A stretch of DNA of 55,114 nucleotides from an uncultured Phycisphaeraceae bacterium (GCA_964522095.1 CAZFSO010000004.1:18285-73398); one strand, 5' to 3'. Counted from the stretch's first letter, positions 6,990 through 16,927 are shown. Notes: generated by a model not told the origin, from the letters alone. Translations and numbers: made by a program.

Positions 6990-9650
6990 ATGCAGACAGG
7001 TCCGGAACGAACTCGCGGCGGCCTGACCCTGGAACTGGGGGAGGTCTCGGAAGCATCGCGGCTGCGTGAGCGGGCGCTGATCCTGGCGGCGCTCAACCAG
7101 GTGGACCCGTCGACCTGGACGTCACGCGCCGCCTCGTCGGTCGTCGCGCCCGCACGCGGGCTGGACGACTCGACGGTCTCCGGCCCGCTGCTCGATCGCC
7201 CCTTGCTGCCGGGCCCCGACACCTTTCCGGGCTACACCATCCTGCGCGAGGTCCACCGGGGCGGGCAGGGCGTGGTGTATCTCGCCACGCAGCAGACCAC
7301 CCGGCGGCGCGTCGCGGTGAAGGTGATCCACGGCGGCGCCACGCTCGGCCCGACCGGCAGGGCCCGGTTCGAGCGCGAGGTCCAGCTGCTCGGGCAACTG
7401 AACCACCCGAACATCGTCAAACTGCACGACTCCGGCGTCACCAGCGACGGGAGCCTCTTCTACGTCATGGACTACGTGTCGGGCCGGGCGCTCGACGACG
7501 TGCTCCGCGAGCAGCGCCGCCGGTTCCGCGTCGAGTCTTCGAGGGCCCGCAGCCGGGCCGAGGGGCTGGACAGCGTCGACGGCGCCCTGCGGTTCTTCGC
7601 CAAGATCTGCGACGGCGTCAACGCCGCCCACCTCCGCGGCGTGATCCACCGCGACATCAAGCCCGCCAACGTCCGGGTCGACGAGCACGGCGAGCCGGTG
7701 CTGGTCGACTTCGGCCTGGCCAAGGTCTCCACCGCGGTGGGCGCCGAGCCCGGCGCGTCCGCGCCGATGACCCTGACCGGCCAGTTCGTCGGCTCGCTCC
7801 CCTGGGCCAGCCCCGAGCAGGCGGCGGGCGCGGGCGAGTCGATCGACCTGCGTTCGGACGTGTATTCCCTGGGCGTGATGCTCTACCAGATGCTCACGGG
7901 CGGGCAGTTCCCGTACGCCGTCAGCGGGAACATGCGCGACGTCCTGGACAACATCCAGCGTGCCGACCCCGAGCCGCCCAGCAACGCGCGGCGCCAGATC
8001 AACAACGAGGTCGAGACCATCGTCCTCAAGGCGATCGCGAAGGAGAAGGACCGACGCTACCAGAGCGCTGGCGAACTCGCCCGCGACGTCCGGCGTTACC
8101 TGCGCGGCGAGCCGATCGAGGCCAAGCGCGACGCGGGGTGGTACGTCATCCGCAAGACGCTCAACCGCCACCGGGTCGCCGCGACCTGCGCCGCGGCCGT
8201 CTGCCTGCTGGTGACCGGCTCGGCGGTCGCGATGACCGCGATGTGGCGGCAGTCCGACGCCGCCCGGGCCGTCGCCGTGGCCCAGCGCGACCGGGCGGAA
8301 GACAACCTCGCGGCCGTGCGCGACCTGGCGAACACCTTCCTTTACGACTTCAACGACGCGATCGCCAACCTCCGCGGCGCGACGCGGGCGCGCGAGACGG
8401 TGCTCGCCAAGGCGCTGGAGTATCTTGAGATCCTCGCGGCCCAGCCGGACCACGGGCCGGCCGCGCTCGCGTCGCTTGCCGACGCGCACGAGCGCATCGG
8501 GGACCTCTACGGCGCGCTCAACTCGGCCAACCTCGGCTCGTCGGCCAAAGCGGCCGAGCACTACAGCGCCGCGCTGGAGATCCGCCAGCGCCTCGCCGTG
8601 GCCTTCCCCGACGACCCGCACCACAAGTCGGCCCTCGCCCGGACCTGGGAACGCATCGGGGAGAGCCGGATCAAGCACGAGGACTTCTCGTCGGCGCTGG
8701 AGGCGTACGAGTGGGGCCGGCGCTTCGCCGAGCAGGCCGACGACACGCCCGCCCGTCTGGCGCTCGCGACGCGCGTCGCCGACGCCCACCGCCGGCTGGC
8801 CGAGGGCATGCGCGATGACCCGCAGGCCTTCGCCGCCCGGATGGACCTGGCGGCGTCGATGTACGCCCAGGCCGACGCGGGCTGGGCCGCCCTCGACGCG
8901 CCCGAATCGCCGCGCCGCCGCGCGATCCTGGTCAGCAAGCAGGCCCAGACGCTCCTGCAGCGTGCGGCCGTGGCGACGCGCCACAACGATCTCGAAGCCG
9001 CGGGCGACCTGATCGGCACGGGCGCGGAGATGATCGGCCGGGTGCTGCCGCGGTTCGAGGCCATGCTGGCGGCGAGCCCGGCGGACTACCAGACCGCGCG
9101 TGACCTGTGGGTGGTCGTGCACTACCTCGGGCAGGCGCACTTCGAGGCCGCGGAGGTGCACGCCGGCCTCGGCGACGACGAGGCCGCCCGCCGGGCACGC
9201 GAGGAGGCGCTCGCGACCTTCACGCGCCTGCACGCCCTGGCCGAGTCGCTGGCGACCGACGAATCGAACATCGAGGCCCAGCGCGACCTGGGCGTCTCGA
9301 CCAACAAACTCGGCAACACGCTGAGCGCGTTGGGACGCCTGGACGAGGCCCGGGACGCCTTCGAGCGGAACGTGGTGCTCTGGAAGGGCCTGTACGCCTC
9401 GGACCCCGTCGAGCGGCACCTGCGCGACCTCGGCGTCGGGCAGCACAAGGTGGCCGAGACGGACGAGCGTCTGGCCGACCACGCCGAGACGGAGGCCGAG
9501 CGCGTCGCGCTGCTCCGCCTGGCGCAGGCGGGGTACCAGACCGCGGAGGCAACCTTCCGCCAGTTCGAGACGCGGGGCGGTGACGCGGCGCGTCTGCTCA
9601 GGTCAGTCCGGGAGAGCCTGGACCGCGTCGCGGAGAAACTCGGCGGCTGA
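6990..9650 (+). CDS. Membrane-anchored Ser/Thr protein kinase with a large TPR-like helical C-terminal domain
   Basis: Hanks kinase motifs GGQGVVYLA...VAVKVI, HRDIKPANV, DFGLAK and SPEQ. One TM segment (VAATCAAAVCLLVTGSAVAMTAMW), then about 450 aa of helical repeats. Confidence 0.9.
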   Translation: MQTGPERTRGGLTLELGEVSEASRLRERALILAALNQVDPSTWTSRAASSVVAPARGLDDSTVSGPLLDRPLLPGPDTFPGYTILREVHRGGQGVVYLATQQTTRRRVAVKVIHGGATLGPTGRARFEREVQLLGQLNHPNIVKLHDSGVTSDGSLFYVMDYVSGRALDDVLREQRRRFRVESSRARSRAEGLDSVDGALRFFAKICDGVNAAHLRGVIHRDIKPANVRVDEHGEPVLVDFGLAKVSTAVGAEPGASAPMTLTGQFVGSLPWASPEQAAGAGESIDLRSDVYSLGVMLYQMLTGGQFPYAVSGNMRDVLDNIQRADPEPPSNARRQINNEVETIVLKAIAKEKDRRYQSAGELARDVRRYLRGEPIEAKRDAGWYVIRKTLNRHRVAATCAAAVCLLVTGSAVAMTAMWRQSDAARAVAVAQRDRAEDNLAAVRDLANTFLYDFNDAIANLRGATRARETVLAKALEYLEILAAQPDHGPAALASLADAHERIGDLYGALNSANLGSSAKAAEHYSAALEIRQRLAVAFPDDPHHKSALARTWERIGESRIKHEDFSSALEAYEWGRRFAEQADDTPARLALATRVADAHRRLAEGMRDDPQAFAARMDLAASMYAQADAGWAALDAPESPRRRAILVSKQAQTLLQRAAVATRHNDLEAAGDLIGTGAEMIGRVLPRFEAMLAASPADYQTARDLWVVVHYLGQAHFEAAEVHAGLGDDEAARRAREEALATFTRLHALAESLATDESNIEAQRDLGVSTNKLGNTLSALGRLDEARDAFERNVVLWKGLYASDPVERHLRDLGVGQHKVAETDERLADHAETEAERVALLRLAQAGYQTAEATFRQFETRGGDAARLLRSVRESLDRVAEKLGG

Positions 9651-9737
9651 ACCGTTCCCGGGACGTCGGCAGGAGGAGGCCGGCGGCTCGGGGCAGCCGT
9701 GCAACCGGGGTGCAGACCCCACGAGAGAGGTGCAGAC

Positions 9738-11726
9738 ATGCGAGCCGTGAGCCGATCAATCATCGCCGCGGGGCCCTTGGTCCTCGCGGCCGGGCACGCC
9801 GTGGCCCAGCAGGACGCGTTCTGGTCCAACCCGGCCGGCGGCTGGTGGTCCGACAGCGGGAACTGGGCGTCCGGTGTGGTGCCCAACAACAGCGGCTCGA
9901 ACCTGTTCAATGCCGTGCTCGACCTCCAGGGGGGCGTGTATCAGGTGGACCTCGACGTCGACGTGTCGCTGCAGAACCTCTCGCTGCTCGGCGCCGACAC
10001 GCGCCTGAACCTGGGTTCGCGGAGCCTCACGGTGCACGAGAACCTCAGCGTCGTCAACGCGACGATCGTCCGGGGCGGGTTCGAGAACGACCTGACGGTC
10101 AACGGCCAACTCAGGCTCCAGGACTCCATGCTGATGTACGCGGGCGTGGTGACCTCGAACGGCAGCGTTGTGCTCGACGGCGACTACGAGATCGACATCT
10201 GCAACACCGGCGTCGACCACTACGGCTCCGGCGGCATCCTCTGGCAGGGCGCCGCCAACCTGCGCATCGACTCGAACGGCTGGCTGACCAACGGGCCCGG
10301 GTCGACCTTCACCATCGCCCCGGGCGCGAGCAAGTCGATCGTCGGCGACGGCACGGGCCGGCTGAACAACTACGGCACGCTCATCGTCGGCTCGGGCGGC
10401 CGCGGCGAGCAGGCAAACGTCACGGTCAACGACGTCATCTTCAACAACGCCGGCGCGGTCGTCGTGGAGGGCGGTTCGCTGACGCTCAACACGCCCAACA
10501 ACCTGGCCCCGGGCGGCGTGCTCGGCGAGGGATCGTGGTCGGTGCGCAACGGGGCCGTCCTGGACTTCGGCCAGTGGGGCTTCCACACGCTGGCCGCGGA
10601 GGTCAGCATCTCCGGCGCCGGGTCGTCGTTCACGCAGATCGCCGGCCTGACCGAGATCTCCGCCACCGGGCGCTTCGAGGTGCTCGACGGCTACGGCTTC
10701 GAGGCGGGGGCCGCGTTCTTCAACCACGGCGAGATCGCCGTCGGCGCGGGGTCGTCGTTCAGCACGTCGGTCTTCGGGCTCGGCAACCTGAACGGGACGA
10801 CGCTGGCGGGCGGCGCCTACCGCGTCGCCGGGTTTTTCGACTCGGGCGCCGAACGCATCACCCACCTGGCGGGGGCGCAAGTCGCGCTGATCGGCGCGGA
10901 CGCCCAGTTCGCCGGCATCGAGGCCATCGAGCACGTCGGGTCCGGCGCCCGCTTCGCCATCGACCAGGGGCGCAACTTCACCACTCAGGGCGACCTGACC
11001 GTGGTGGCCGGGGGGGCCATCGGCGTGGGCGAGGGGTCGGTCCTGACGGTGAACGGCACGCTGACGAACAACCGCCCGGACGGCTCGTTCGCGGACGGGC
11101 ACTTCGAGGTCACGGGCACGCTCGTCGCGAGCGGGCTGCAGGTCAACCGCATCGACGGGGAACTCGTCCTCAACGGGGCCAACTCGGCCGTGCTCGACCA
11201 GCACGGCAACGACGCCCTGGCCGGGCTCTCGGGGATCGGCGAGTCCGGCGTGCTCCGCCTGCGCGAGGGCCGGTCGCTCGAGACCATCGGCAACCTGACC
11301 GTCGAGGGCGTGCTCGCCATCGAGGGCCCCGGCGAGGGGCGCTCGGGCACGGACTGCGTGCTCGACATCGGGGGCCAACTGCACTTCGCGGACACCGCGG
11401 TGCTCTCGATGCTCATCGACGGGTCCACCGGACGCCAGCGCGGCGAGATTCTCTCGGCCGCGACCCGCATCGACGAGGGCGCCACGCTTGAACTCGTCCT
11501 CGCCGAGGGCGTGTCGCTGAACCTCGGCGACACCATCCGCCTGCTTGAAACCGGGGCCCTGTCCGGCACGTTCAGCACCGTGGTCGGCACCGACATCGGC
11601 GCAGGGCTGTGGTTCGAGGTCGTCCAGGACGCCGGCGCGGTCTACGCGGTCGTCGTGCCCGCCCCGGGGGCGGCCGGGCTGCTCGGGCTCGCGGGGCTGG
11701 CGGCGACCCGGCGGCGACGCCGCTGA
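9738..11726 (+). CDS. Secreted repeat protein (beta-helix-like G/N/T-rich repeats) with a C-terminal PEP-CTERM sorting signal
   Basis: Signal peptide MRAVSRSIIAAGPLVLAAGHAVAQ. The C-terminus VVPAPGAAGLLGLAGLAATRRRRR fits the PEP-CTERM pattern. ATG at 9738 with GAGAGAGG 7 nt upstream. Confidence 0.7.
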   Translation: MRAVSRSIIAAGPLVLAAGHAVAQQDAFWSNPAGGWWSDSGNWASGVVPNNSGSNLFNAVLDLQGGVYQVDLDVDVSLQNLSLLGADTRLNLGSRSLTVHENLSVVNATIVRGGFENDLTVNGQLRLQDSMLMYAGVVTSNGSVVLDGDYEIDICNTGVDHYGSGGILWQGAANLRIDSNGWLTNGPGSTFTIAPGASKSIVGDGTGRLNNYGTLIVGSGGRGEQANVTVNDVIFNNAGAVVVEGGSLTLNTPNNLAPGGVLGEGSWSVRNGAVLDFGQWGFHTLAAEVSISGAGSSFTQIAGLTEISATGRFEVLDGYGFEAGAAFFNHGEIAVGAGSSFSTSVFGLGNLNGTTLAGGAYRVAGFFDSGAERITHLAGAQVALIGADAQFAGIEAIEHVGSGARFAIDQGRNFTTQGDLTVVAGGAIGVGEGSVLTVNGTLTNNRPDGSFADGHFEVTGTLVASGLQVNRIDGELVLNGANSAVLDQHGNDALAGLSGIGESGVLRLREGRSLETIGNLTVEGVLAIEGPGEGRSGTDCVLDIGGQLHFADTAVLSMLIDGSTGRQRGEILSAATRIDEGATLELVLAEGVSLNLGDTIRLLETGALSGTFSTVVGTDIGAGLWFEVVQDAGAVYAVVVPAPGAAGLLGLAGLAATRRRRR

Positions 11727-11729
11727 CGC

Positions 11730-12626
11730 TCAGCGCTCAAACTCGCCGACCCGCCCGGTGGGCGTGCTGGCCCAGTGCATCTTGCCGAGCAGCGTGCGCC
11801 AGTAACTCACCGCCGGGTCCGAGACGAACCGGACGGTGCGCCGGCCGCTGCGGATCCGCACGAGGTCGCCCTCGCCGAGGCGGTGGTGGCCCTGGCCGTC
11901 GATGAGCAGCGTCGTGCCCGCCTCCTCGGTGGCGTTGACGCTCCGGACGCCGATGTCGATGGGGGTGTCCGCGCGGAGCACGATCGGGCGGAAACTCAGC
12001 GAGTGCGCGGCGATGGGCGTGATCACGCAGGCGTCGACCCCCGGCGCCACGATCGGCCCGCCCGCCGAGATGTTGTACGCGGTCGACCCCAGGGGCGTCG
12101 AGACGATCAGCCCGTCGCCCGACACGGTCGGGCCGGGCTGGGCGTCGATGGTCAGGTCCAGCGTGATCATCCGGTACGGCGGCCCGGCGGTGACGACGAG
12201 TTCGTTGAGCGCGGTGGCGCTGTACCGCAATGTGCCGTCCGGGCCGACCACGTCGCCGTCCAGCGTCCGGTGCTCGTGCGTCCGCAACGCCGCCGGGCCG
12301 AGCAGGGCCTCTGCCGACCGGCTGAACGCCCCGAGTTCGTACCCGGCCATGAAGCCGACCTTGCCCGTGTTGATCCCCAGCAGCGGCGTGTCGAAGTCCA
12401 GGCACGCCCGGGCGGCCGAGAGGATGGTCCCGTCGCCGCCCATCACGACGATCAGGTCGGGCGCCCCCTCGGACAACGCGCCCGACGCGACGGCCGCCGG
12501 CAGGTCGGCCGAGTCGACCTGCCCGACCAGGCGCCCGTGCCGCTCGATGAGTCGGCGCACGTCGCCGGCCGCCGCCACCGCCCGGGGCTTGCGCGGGTTG
12601 ATGACCAGCAGGGCGGATCGTGCCAT
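11730..12626 (-). CDS. nadK: NAD+ kinase
   Basis: 298-aa ORF with the GGDGTIL motif and INTGKVGFM; typical length. Confidence 0.9.
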   Translation of the reverse strand: MARSALLVINPRKPRAVAAAGDVRRLIERHGRLVGQVDSADLPAAVASGALSEGAPDLIVVMGGDGTILSAARACLDFDTPLLGINTGKVGFMAGYELGAFSRSAEALLGPAALRTHEHRTLDGDVVGPDGTLRYSATALNELVVTAGPPYRMITLDLTIDAQPGPTVSGDGLIVSTPLGSTAYNISAGGPIVAPGVDACVITPIAAHSLSFRPIVLRADTPIDIGVRSVNATEEAGTTLLIDGQGHHRLGEGDLVRIRSGRRTVRFVSDPAVSYWRTLLGKMHWASTPTGRVGEFER

Positions 12627-12671
12627 CGGGTCGGGTGCTCCGCGACGGGGTGAAGGAGGGGCGGTTGCGCG

Positions 12672-14669
12672 TCAGGCGTTCGGGGCCGGCTCGGCGCGGC
12701 GCGCCGGTGCGGCCGCGACGAACCGCTCGTGGTGGGCGGGGTCGGCGGCGTGTCGGATCATCCGGGCGATGCCTTCGGCGTCGAGCCCGACCTCGGCGAG
12801 TTGGTTGCGCCTGGGGTCCTGCATGACCCACTGGTCCGGGATCCCGTGCCGCACGATGCGCGACGCGTCCAGGCCCAGTTCCTGGGCGGTCTCCAGGACC
12901 GCCGAACCGAAGCCGCCGACCACGGTGTGGTCCTCGAGGGTGAGCACCGGGACGCCGCGTGAGAGCAGGGCGCGCACCAGGCCGGCGTCGACCGGCTTGG
13001 CGAACCGGGCGTCCCACACGCCCACGCGGTACTCCTCGCCGAGCAGGTCGCGGGCGTCCATCGCGGCGATGGCCGGCGTGCCGAAAGCGAGCACCGCCAC
13101 GTCGGGGCGGGCGGCGTCCAGGTCGGCGAACTCGGGCGTGAGCAGGCGGGCCTTGCCGGGCTCGAAGGCGGGGCAGGGCAGATCGGTGAACCGGGCCGAG
13201 CAGTCGTCGCGGGGGTAACGCACCGCGGTCAGGCCGCCCTCCCAGTCGTGCATGAACTCCAGCGACGCAACGAGGCTCGGCTCGTCGATGGCGGCCATGA
13301 TCACGGCGTCGGGCAGCGTCCGGAGCAGGGCCACGTCGCAGAAGCCGTGGTGCACCGCGCCGTCCCCGCCGACCAGCCCGGCGCGGTCCAGGCACAGGCG
13401 GACGGCCAGGCCCTGGAGCGCGACCTCCTGGAACGCCTGGTCGAAGGCGCGCTGCAGGAAGGTCGAGTAGACCGCGAAGAACGGGCGCAGGCCGACCTTG
13501 GCCATGCCCGCCATCATGTCCATCGCGTGGCTCTCGCAGATGCCCGTGTCGAAGCAGCGGTCGGGGAAGCGCGCCAGCGCCTTGGCGACGCCGGTGCCGT
13601 CGGGCATGGCGGCCGTCGTCGCGACGATCTTGGGGTCGCGCTCCATCAGGTCGGCCAGGGCGTCGGCGAAGGCCGCGGTGAAGGACCGCCCGCCTGACTT
13701 CATCTCCACGCGGCAGCCGAGCACCTCGTCGCGTTCGACCTTGAAGGCCTTTGGCGAGTGGAACCGCGTCGCGTCGCTCTCGGCCACGTCCAGGCCCTTG
13801 CCCTTGACGGTCTTGACGTGCAGGACCATGGGCCGGTCGAGGTCGCGGGCCTCGCTGAGGAACTCGATCAGGGTCGGCAGGTCGTGGCCGTCGATCGGCC
13901 CGACGGTCAGCAGGCCGAACTTCTCGAACCAGGAGTCCTCGGCGATGGCCGCCTTGGTCATCTCGCCCATGCGGTGGTAGGCCTCACGGAGCATGCCCCC
14001 GCCGGGCATGTGGCGCAGGAACTCTTTGGCGCCCTTCTTCAGGTCGGCGTAGGTGTGGCTGACCCGGACCCGGTCGAAGTACTGGGCCATCGCGCCCTGG
14101 GGCTTGCTGATGCTCATCCCGTTGTCGTTGAGGACGACCAGGAACTGTCGCTTGAGGACGCCCGCGCCGTTGAGGCCCTCCATCGCCACGCCGTTGACGA
14201 TCGACGCGTCGCCGATGATCGTCGCGACGCGTCGCCCGCCGGGGTTGGTTCTCGGGTCGAAGGCCTCGCCGTTGATCGTGTCGCCCCGGGCCATGCCGAC
14301 CGCGGTGGAGATGCCCGTGCCCGCGTGGCCCACGCGGAACAGGTCGTAGCGGGACTCGTCCGGCTCGGGGAACCCCGCCATGCCCTGGCGGGTCCGGAGT
14401 TTGCCAAGGAGGGGGTACCGCCCGGTGATCAGTTTGTGCGGGTAGCACTGGTGCCCGACATCGAAGAGCAGGCGGTCGTGCCCGAAGTCGAAGACGCGGT
14501 GCATCGCCAGCGTCAGTTCGACCACGCCGAGGTTCGGCGCCAGGTGCCCCCCGGTGGTGGACACCTGCTCGATGATCGCCTGGCGGATCTCGCCCGCCAG
14601 TTCGCCGAGTTGTTCCACGCTCAGGCGGCGCAGGTCCTGGGGGCCGGTCAAGGATTGGAGCAGCGTCAT
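12672..14669 (-). CDS. dxs: 1-deoxy-D-xylulose-5-phosphate synthase
   Basis: 665-aa ORF. The N-terminus LLQSLTGPQDLRRLSVEQLGELAGEIR...TGGHLAPNLGVVELT is characteristic of Dxs. Also GDGA and IVNG motifs. Confidence 0.95.
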   Translation of the reverse strand: MTLLQSLTGPQDLRRLSVEQLGELAGEIRQAIIEQVSTTGGHLAPNLGVVELTLAMHRVFDFGHDRLLFDVGHQCYPHKLITGRYPLLGKLRTRQGMAGFPEPDESRYDLFRVGHAGTGISTAVGMARGDTINGEAFDPRTNPGGRRVATIIGDASIVNGVAMEGLNGAGVLKRQFLVVLNDNGMSISKPQGAMAQYFDRVRVSHTYADLKKGAKEFLRHMPGGGMLREAYHRMGEMTKAAIAEDSWFEKFGLLTVGPIDGHDLPTLIEFLSEARDLDRPMVLHVKTVKGKGLDVAESDATRFHSPKAFKVERDEVLGCRVEMKSGGRSFTAAFADALADLMERDPKIVATTAAMPDGTGVAKALARFPDRCFDTGICESHAMDMMAGMAKVGLRPFFAVYSTFLQRAFDQAFQEVALQGLAVRLCLDRAGLVGGDGAVHHGFCDVALLRTLPDAVIMAAIDEPSLVASLEFMHDWEGGLTAVRYPRDDCSARFTDLPCPAFEPGKARLLTPEFADLDAARPDVAVLAFGTPAIAAMDARDLLGEEYRVGVWDARFAKPVDAGLVRALLSRGVPVLTLEDHTVVGGFGSAVLETAQELGLDASRIVRHGIPDQWVMQDPRRNQLAEVGLDAEGIARMIRHAADPAHHERFVAAAPARRAEPAPNA

Positions 14670-14773
14670 TGCACCCCCGGGGGAAACAGGCAGCGGTCAG
14701 CGTGCATTCTAAGCGCGCCGCCCGCGGCCCGCACCGCGTACGCCGGTTCGGGTGGGCTTGTTCGCCGGCCCGC

Positions 14774-15655
14774 TCAGCGGTCGCGCCGCGCCATGGCCCG
14801 GCTCAGTTCCAGCAGCGGACGGGCCGACGGGCCCAAGGGCGCCAGGGCGGCCTCCGCGTCCGCCTGGAGTCGCTCGACCTCCCGCCGGGAACCCTCCAGC
14901 CCGAGAACCAGCGGGTAGGTCAGTTTGCCCGCCTGGGCGTCCTTGCCCGTGGCCTTGCCCACCGTGTCCGGGGCGCCGGTCGCGTCGAGCAGGTCGTCGA
15001 CGATCTGGAAGATCAGGCCCAGGTCGTCGGCGAACCGGGTGATCGCGTCCAGTTCCGCCGAGCCCGTGCCGGCGCCCCCCAGGATCGCCCCCATGCGGCA
15101 CGCCGCCCGGATCAGCGCGCCGGTCTTGTTGCGGTGGATCAGTTCCAGTTGCTGGCGGGGACCGAGCCGGCCGGGCTCGGCGTCGACGCCCAGGGTGTCG
15201 TGGATCTGCCCGGCGATCATCGCCCGGGTCCCCCGGCCCAGTTCCCGGACGAGCGCCACCCGAACCGCGCCGTCGAGCCCGTTCTCCGTGCGCCAGATGG
15301 CCTCGTACGCCAGGTTGAGCATGGCGTCGCCCGCCAGGATGGCCATGGCCTCGCCCGCGTGCCGGTGCAGGGTCGGGCGGCCGCGGCGCAGGTCGTCGTC
15401 GTCGAGCGCCGGGAGGTCGTCGTGGACGAGGCTGAAGGCGTGCACGAGTTCCACCGCCATGCCGCCCGGCAACGAGTCCTTGCCCACGCCCCCGACCGCC
15501 TCGGCCGACCGCCACGCGAGCGTCGGGCGCAGGCGTTTGCCGCCGCCCAGCAGGGCGTACCGCACCGCGTCCCGGAGCGTTTCCGGCACGTCGCTGGTCG
15601 CGATGAACGCGGCGAGGGCGTCGTCAACCTGCTGGATCACCGCGTCGTGCGCCAT
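14774..15655 (-). CDS. ispA: Polyprenyl (farnesyl/geranylgeranyl) diphosphate synthase
   Basis: GGGKRLRP, first DDxxD-type motif LVHDDLPALDDDDLRRGRPT, second motif QIVDDLLD. Sits next to dxs as in many bacteria. Confidence 0.9.
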   Translation of the reverse strand: MAHDAVIQQVDDALAAFIATSDVPETLRDAVRYALLGGGKRLRPTLAWRSAEAVGGVGKDSLPGGMAVELVHAFSLVHDDLPALDDDDLRRGRPTLHRHAGEAMAILAGDAMLNLAYEAIWRTENGLDGAVRVALVRELGRGTRAMIAGQIHDTLGVDAEPGRLGPRQQLELIHRNKTGALIRAACRMGAILGGAGTGSAELDAITRFADDLGLIFQIVDDLLDATGAPDTVGKATGKDAQAGKLTYPLVLGLEGSRREVERLQADAEAALAPLGPSARPLLELSRAMARRDR

Positions 15656-15733
15656 GGCCAGCCATCGTACGGTGCCGTCCGGGCGGTGGGGGGAGGGGCG
15701 TCACTACCGGCGGGCTGGCGATACCATCGGGCC

Positions 15734-16360
15734 GTGTTCGAGCAGGCGCTGACCATATTCCGGGCGGGCGGTTGGGTGATGTACCCGCTGCTGCTGCTCT
15801 CGCTGCTGACCGTGACGCTCGTCGTCGAGCGGGCGGTCTACTGGGCGCGCAACCTCGGCACCGGACGCCGCTTTGCGCTCTACCTGGCCGATCTGGCGGG
15901 CGGCCCGAACGGGCGGGCCCGCGCGCTGGACCGGGCCCGCAAGGACCGCACGCCGCTCGGCGACCTGCTGCGTCTGCTCGACCGGCTCGACCAGCCGGTC
16001 AGCGAGGGGGCCGCGGTGGCCGCGATCGAGTCGCTGCGCCCGCCGATCGAGCGGTCGGCGGCGGTGCTGGGCGTGGTCATCGCCGCGGCCCCGCTGCTGG
16101 GGATTCTCGGGACGGTCACGGGGATCATCCAGAGTTTCGACCTGCTGGGCAACGCGAGCGGCGTGACCGACCCCGTGGGCGTGGCGGGGGGCATCGCCGA
16201 GGCGCTCTACACCACCGCGTTCGGCCTGACCGTCGCCCTGATCGCCGTCTTCCCGCACGCGTTCTTCCGGGCACGGTCCGAGCGCATGCTCGCTCGGCTG
16301 GAGTCGCTCGCGGGAGCGTTCGTCGACGCCGGACCGGGCGGCGCCCCACGGGCCGCTTAG
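15734..16360 (+). CDS. MotA/TolQ/ExbB-family proton-channel protein (no ExbD/TolR partner in the window)
   Basis: C-terminal 208 aa of track ORF 14669..16360: GGWVMYPLLLLSLLTVTLVVER and LLGILGTVTGIIQSF...IAEALYTTAFGL. GTG at 15734 is the first plausible start after the ispA divergent point. Confidence 0.75.
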   Translation: MFEQALTIFRAGGWVMYPLLLLSLLTVTLVVERAVYWARNLGTGRRFALYLADLAGGPNGRARALDRARKDRTPLGDLLRLLDRLDQPVSEGAAVAAIESLRPPIERSAAVLGVVIAAAPLLGILGTVTGIIQSFDLLGNASGVTDPVGVAGGIAEALYTTAFGLTVALIAVFPHAFFRARSERMLARLESLAGAFVDAGPGGAPRAA

Positions 16361-16818
16361 CGGGCCGCGTCCTGCTGGACGACGAGTTCGAAGATCTCTT
16401 CGGGCGACTTCGCGGCGTAGATCTTTTCGCGGAAGGCCTCGCTGGACATCAGGCGGCTGACCCGGGCCAGGGCCTGGATGTGGTCGCTCGTGCGGTCCGG
16501 CGGCGAGGCGAGCAGCACGACCAGGCGCACCGGCTGGTTGTCGATGGCCTCGAAGTCCAGCGGCTGGGCAGGCTTGCCGATCGCCATGGCCAGGCCCTGC
16601 ATGCCGGCGTTCTTGCCGTGCGGGATGGCCAGCCCGTGCCCGATGCCGGTGGTCCGGGTCTGCTCGCGCGTCCAGACGGCCTCTTCCAGGCCCGCGGGGT
16701 CGTCGACCTTGCCGGCGGCCGCCAGAACCCCGACCAGTTCCGCGATGACCGCCTGCTTGTCGTCGCCCGACAGCGGCGATCGCACGCACTCAACCGAGAG
16801 GATCTCGCTTAGTTGCAT
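16357..16818 (-). CDS. ptsN: PTS EIIA-Ntr-type nitrogen regulatory protein
   Basis: 153-aa ORF with REQTRTTGIGHGLAIPHGK (phosphorylatable His context) and VRLVVLLASP. Confidence 0.85.
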   Translation of the reverse strand: MQLSEILSVECVRSPLSGDDKQAVIAELVGVLAAAGKVDDPAGLEEAVWTREQTRTTGIGHGLAIPHGKNAGMQGLAMAIGKPAQPLDFEAIDNQPVRLVVLLASPPDRTSDHIQALARVSRLMSSEAFREKIYAAKSPEEIFELVVQQDAAR

Positions 16819-16927
16819 CGCACCGTCCTACGAACGACGCCGGGACCGGGTGGAGTCACGCGCACCGGACCCGGGGTGGCAATGGTACCCCACGCCGGGG
16901 TGCGGCGTGAGAGCACCCCTGGGCGGA

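Noticed and set aside
15681-15698. G-rich tract GGGCGGTGGGGGGAGGGG in the ispA/exbB divergent spacer, considered as a G-quadruplex.
   Set aside because: It does not provide four separated runs of at least three G, because the G6 run would have to supply two runs with a zero-length loop. It is far weaker than the motif at 2358-2390.
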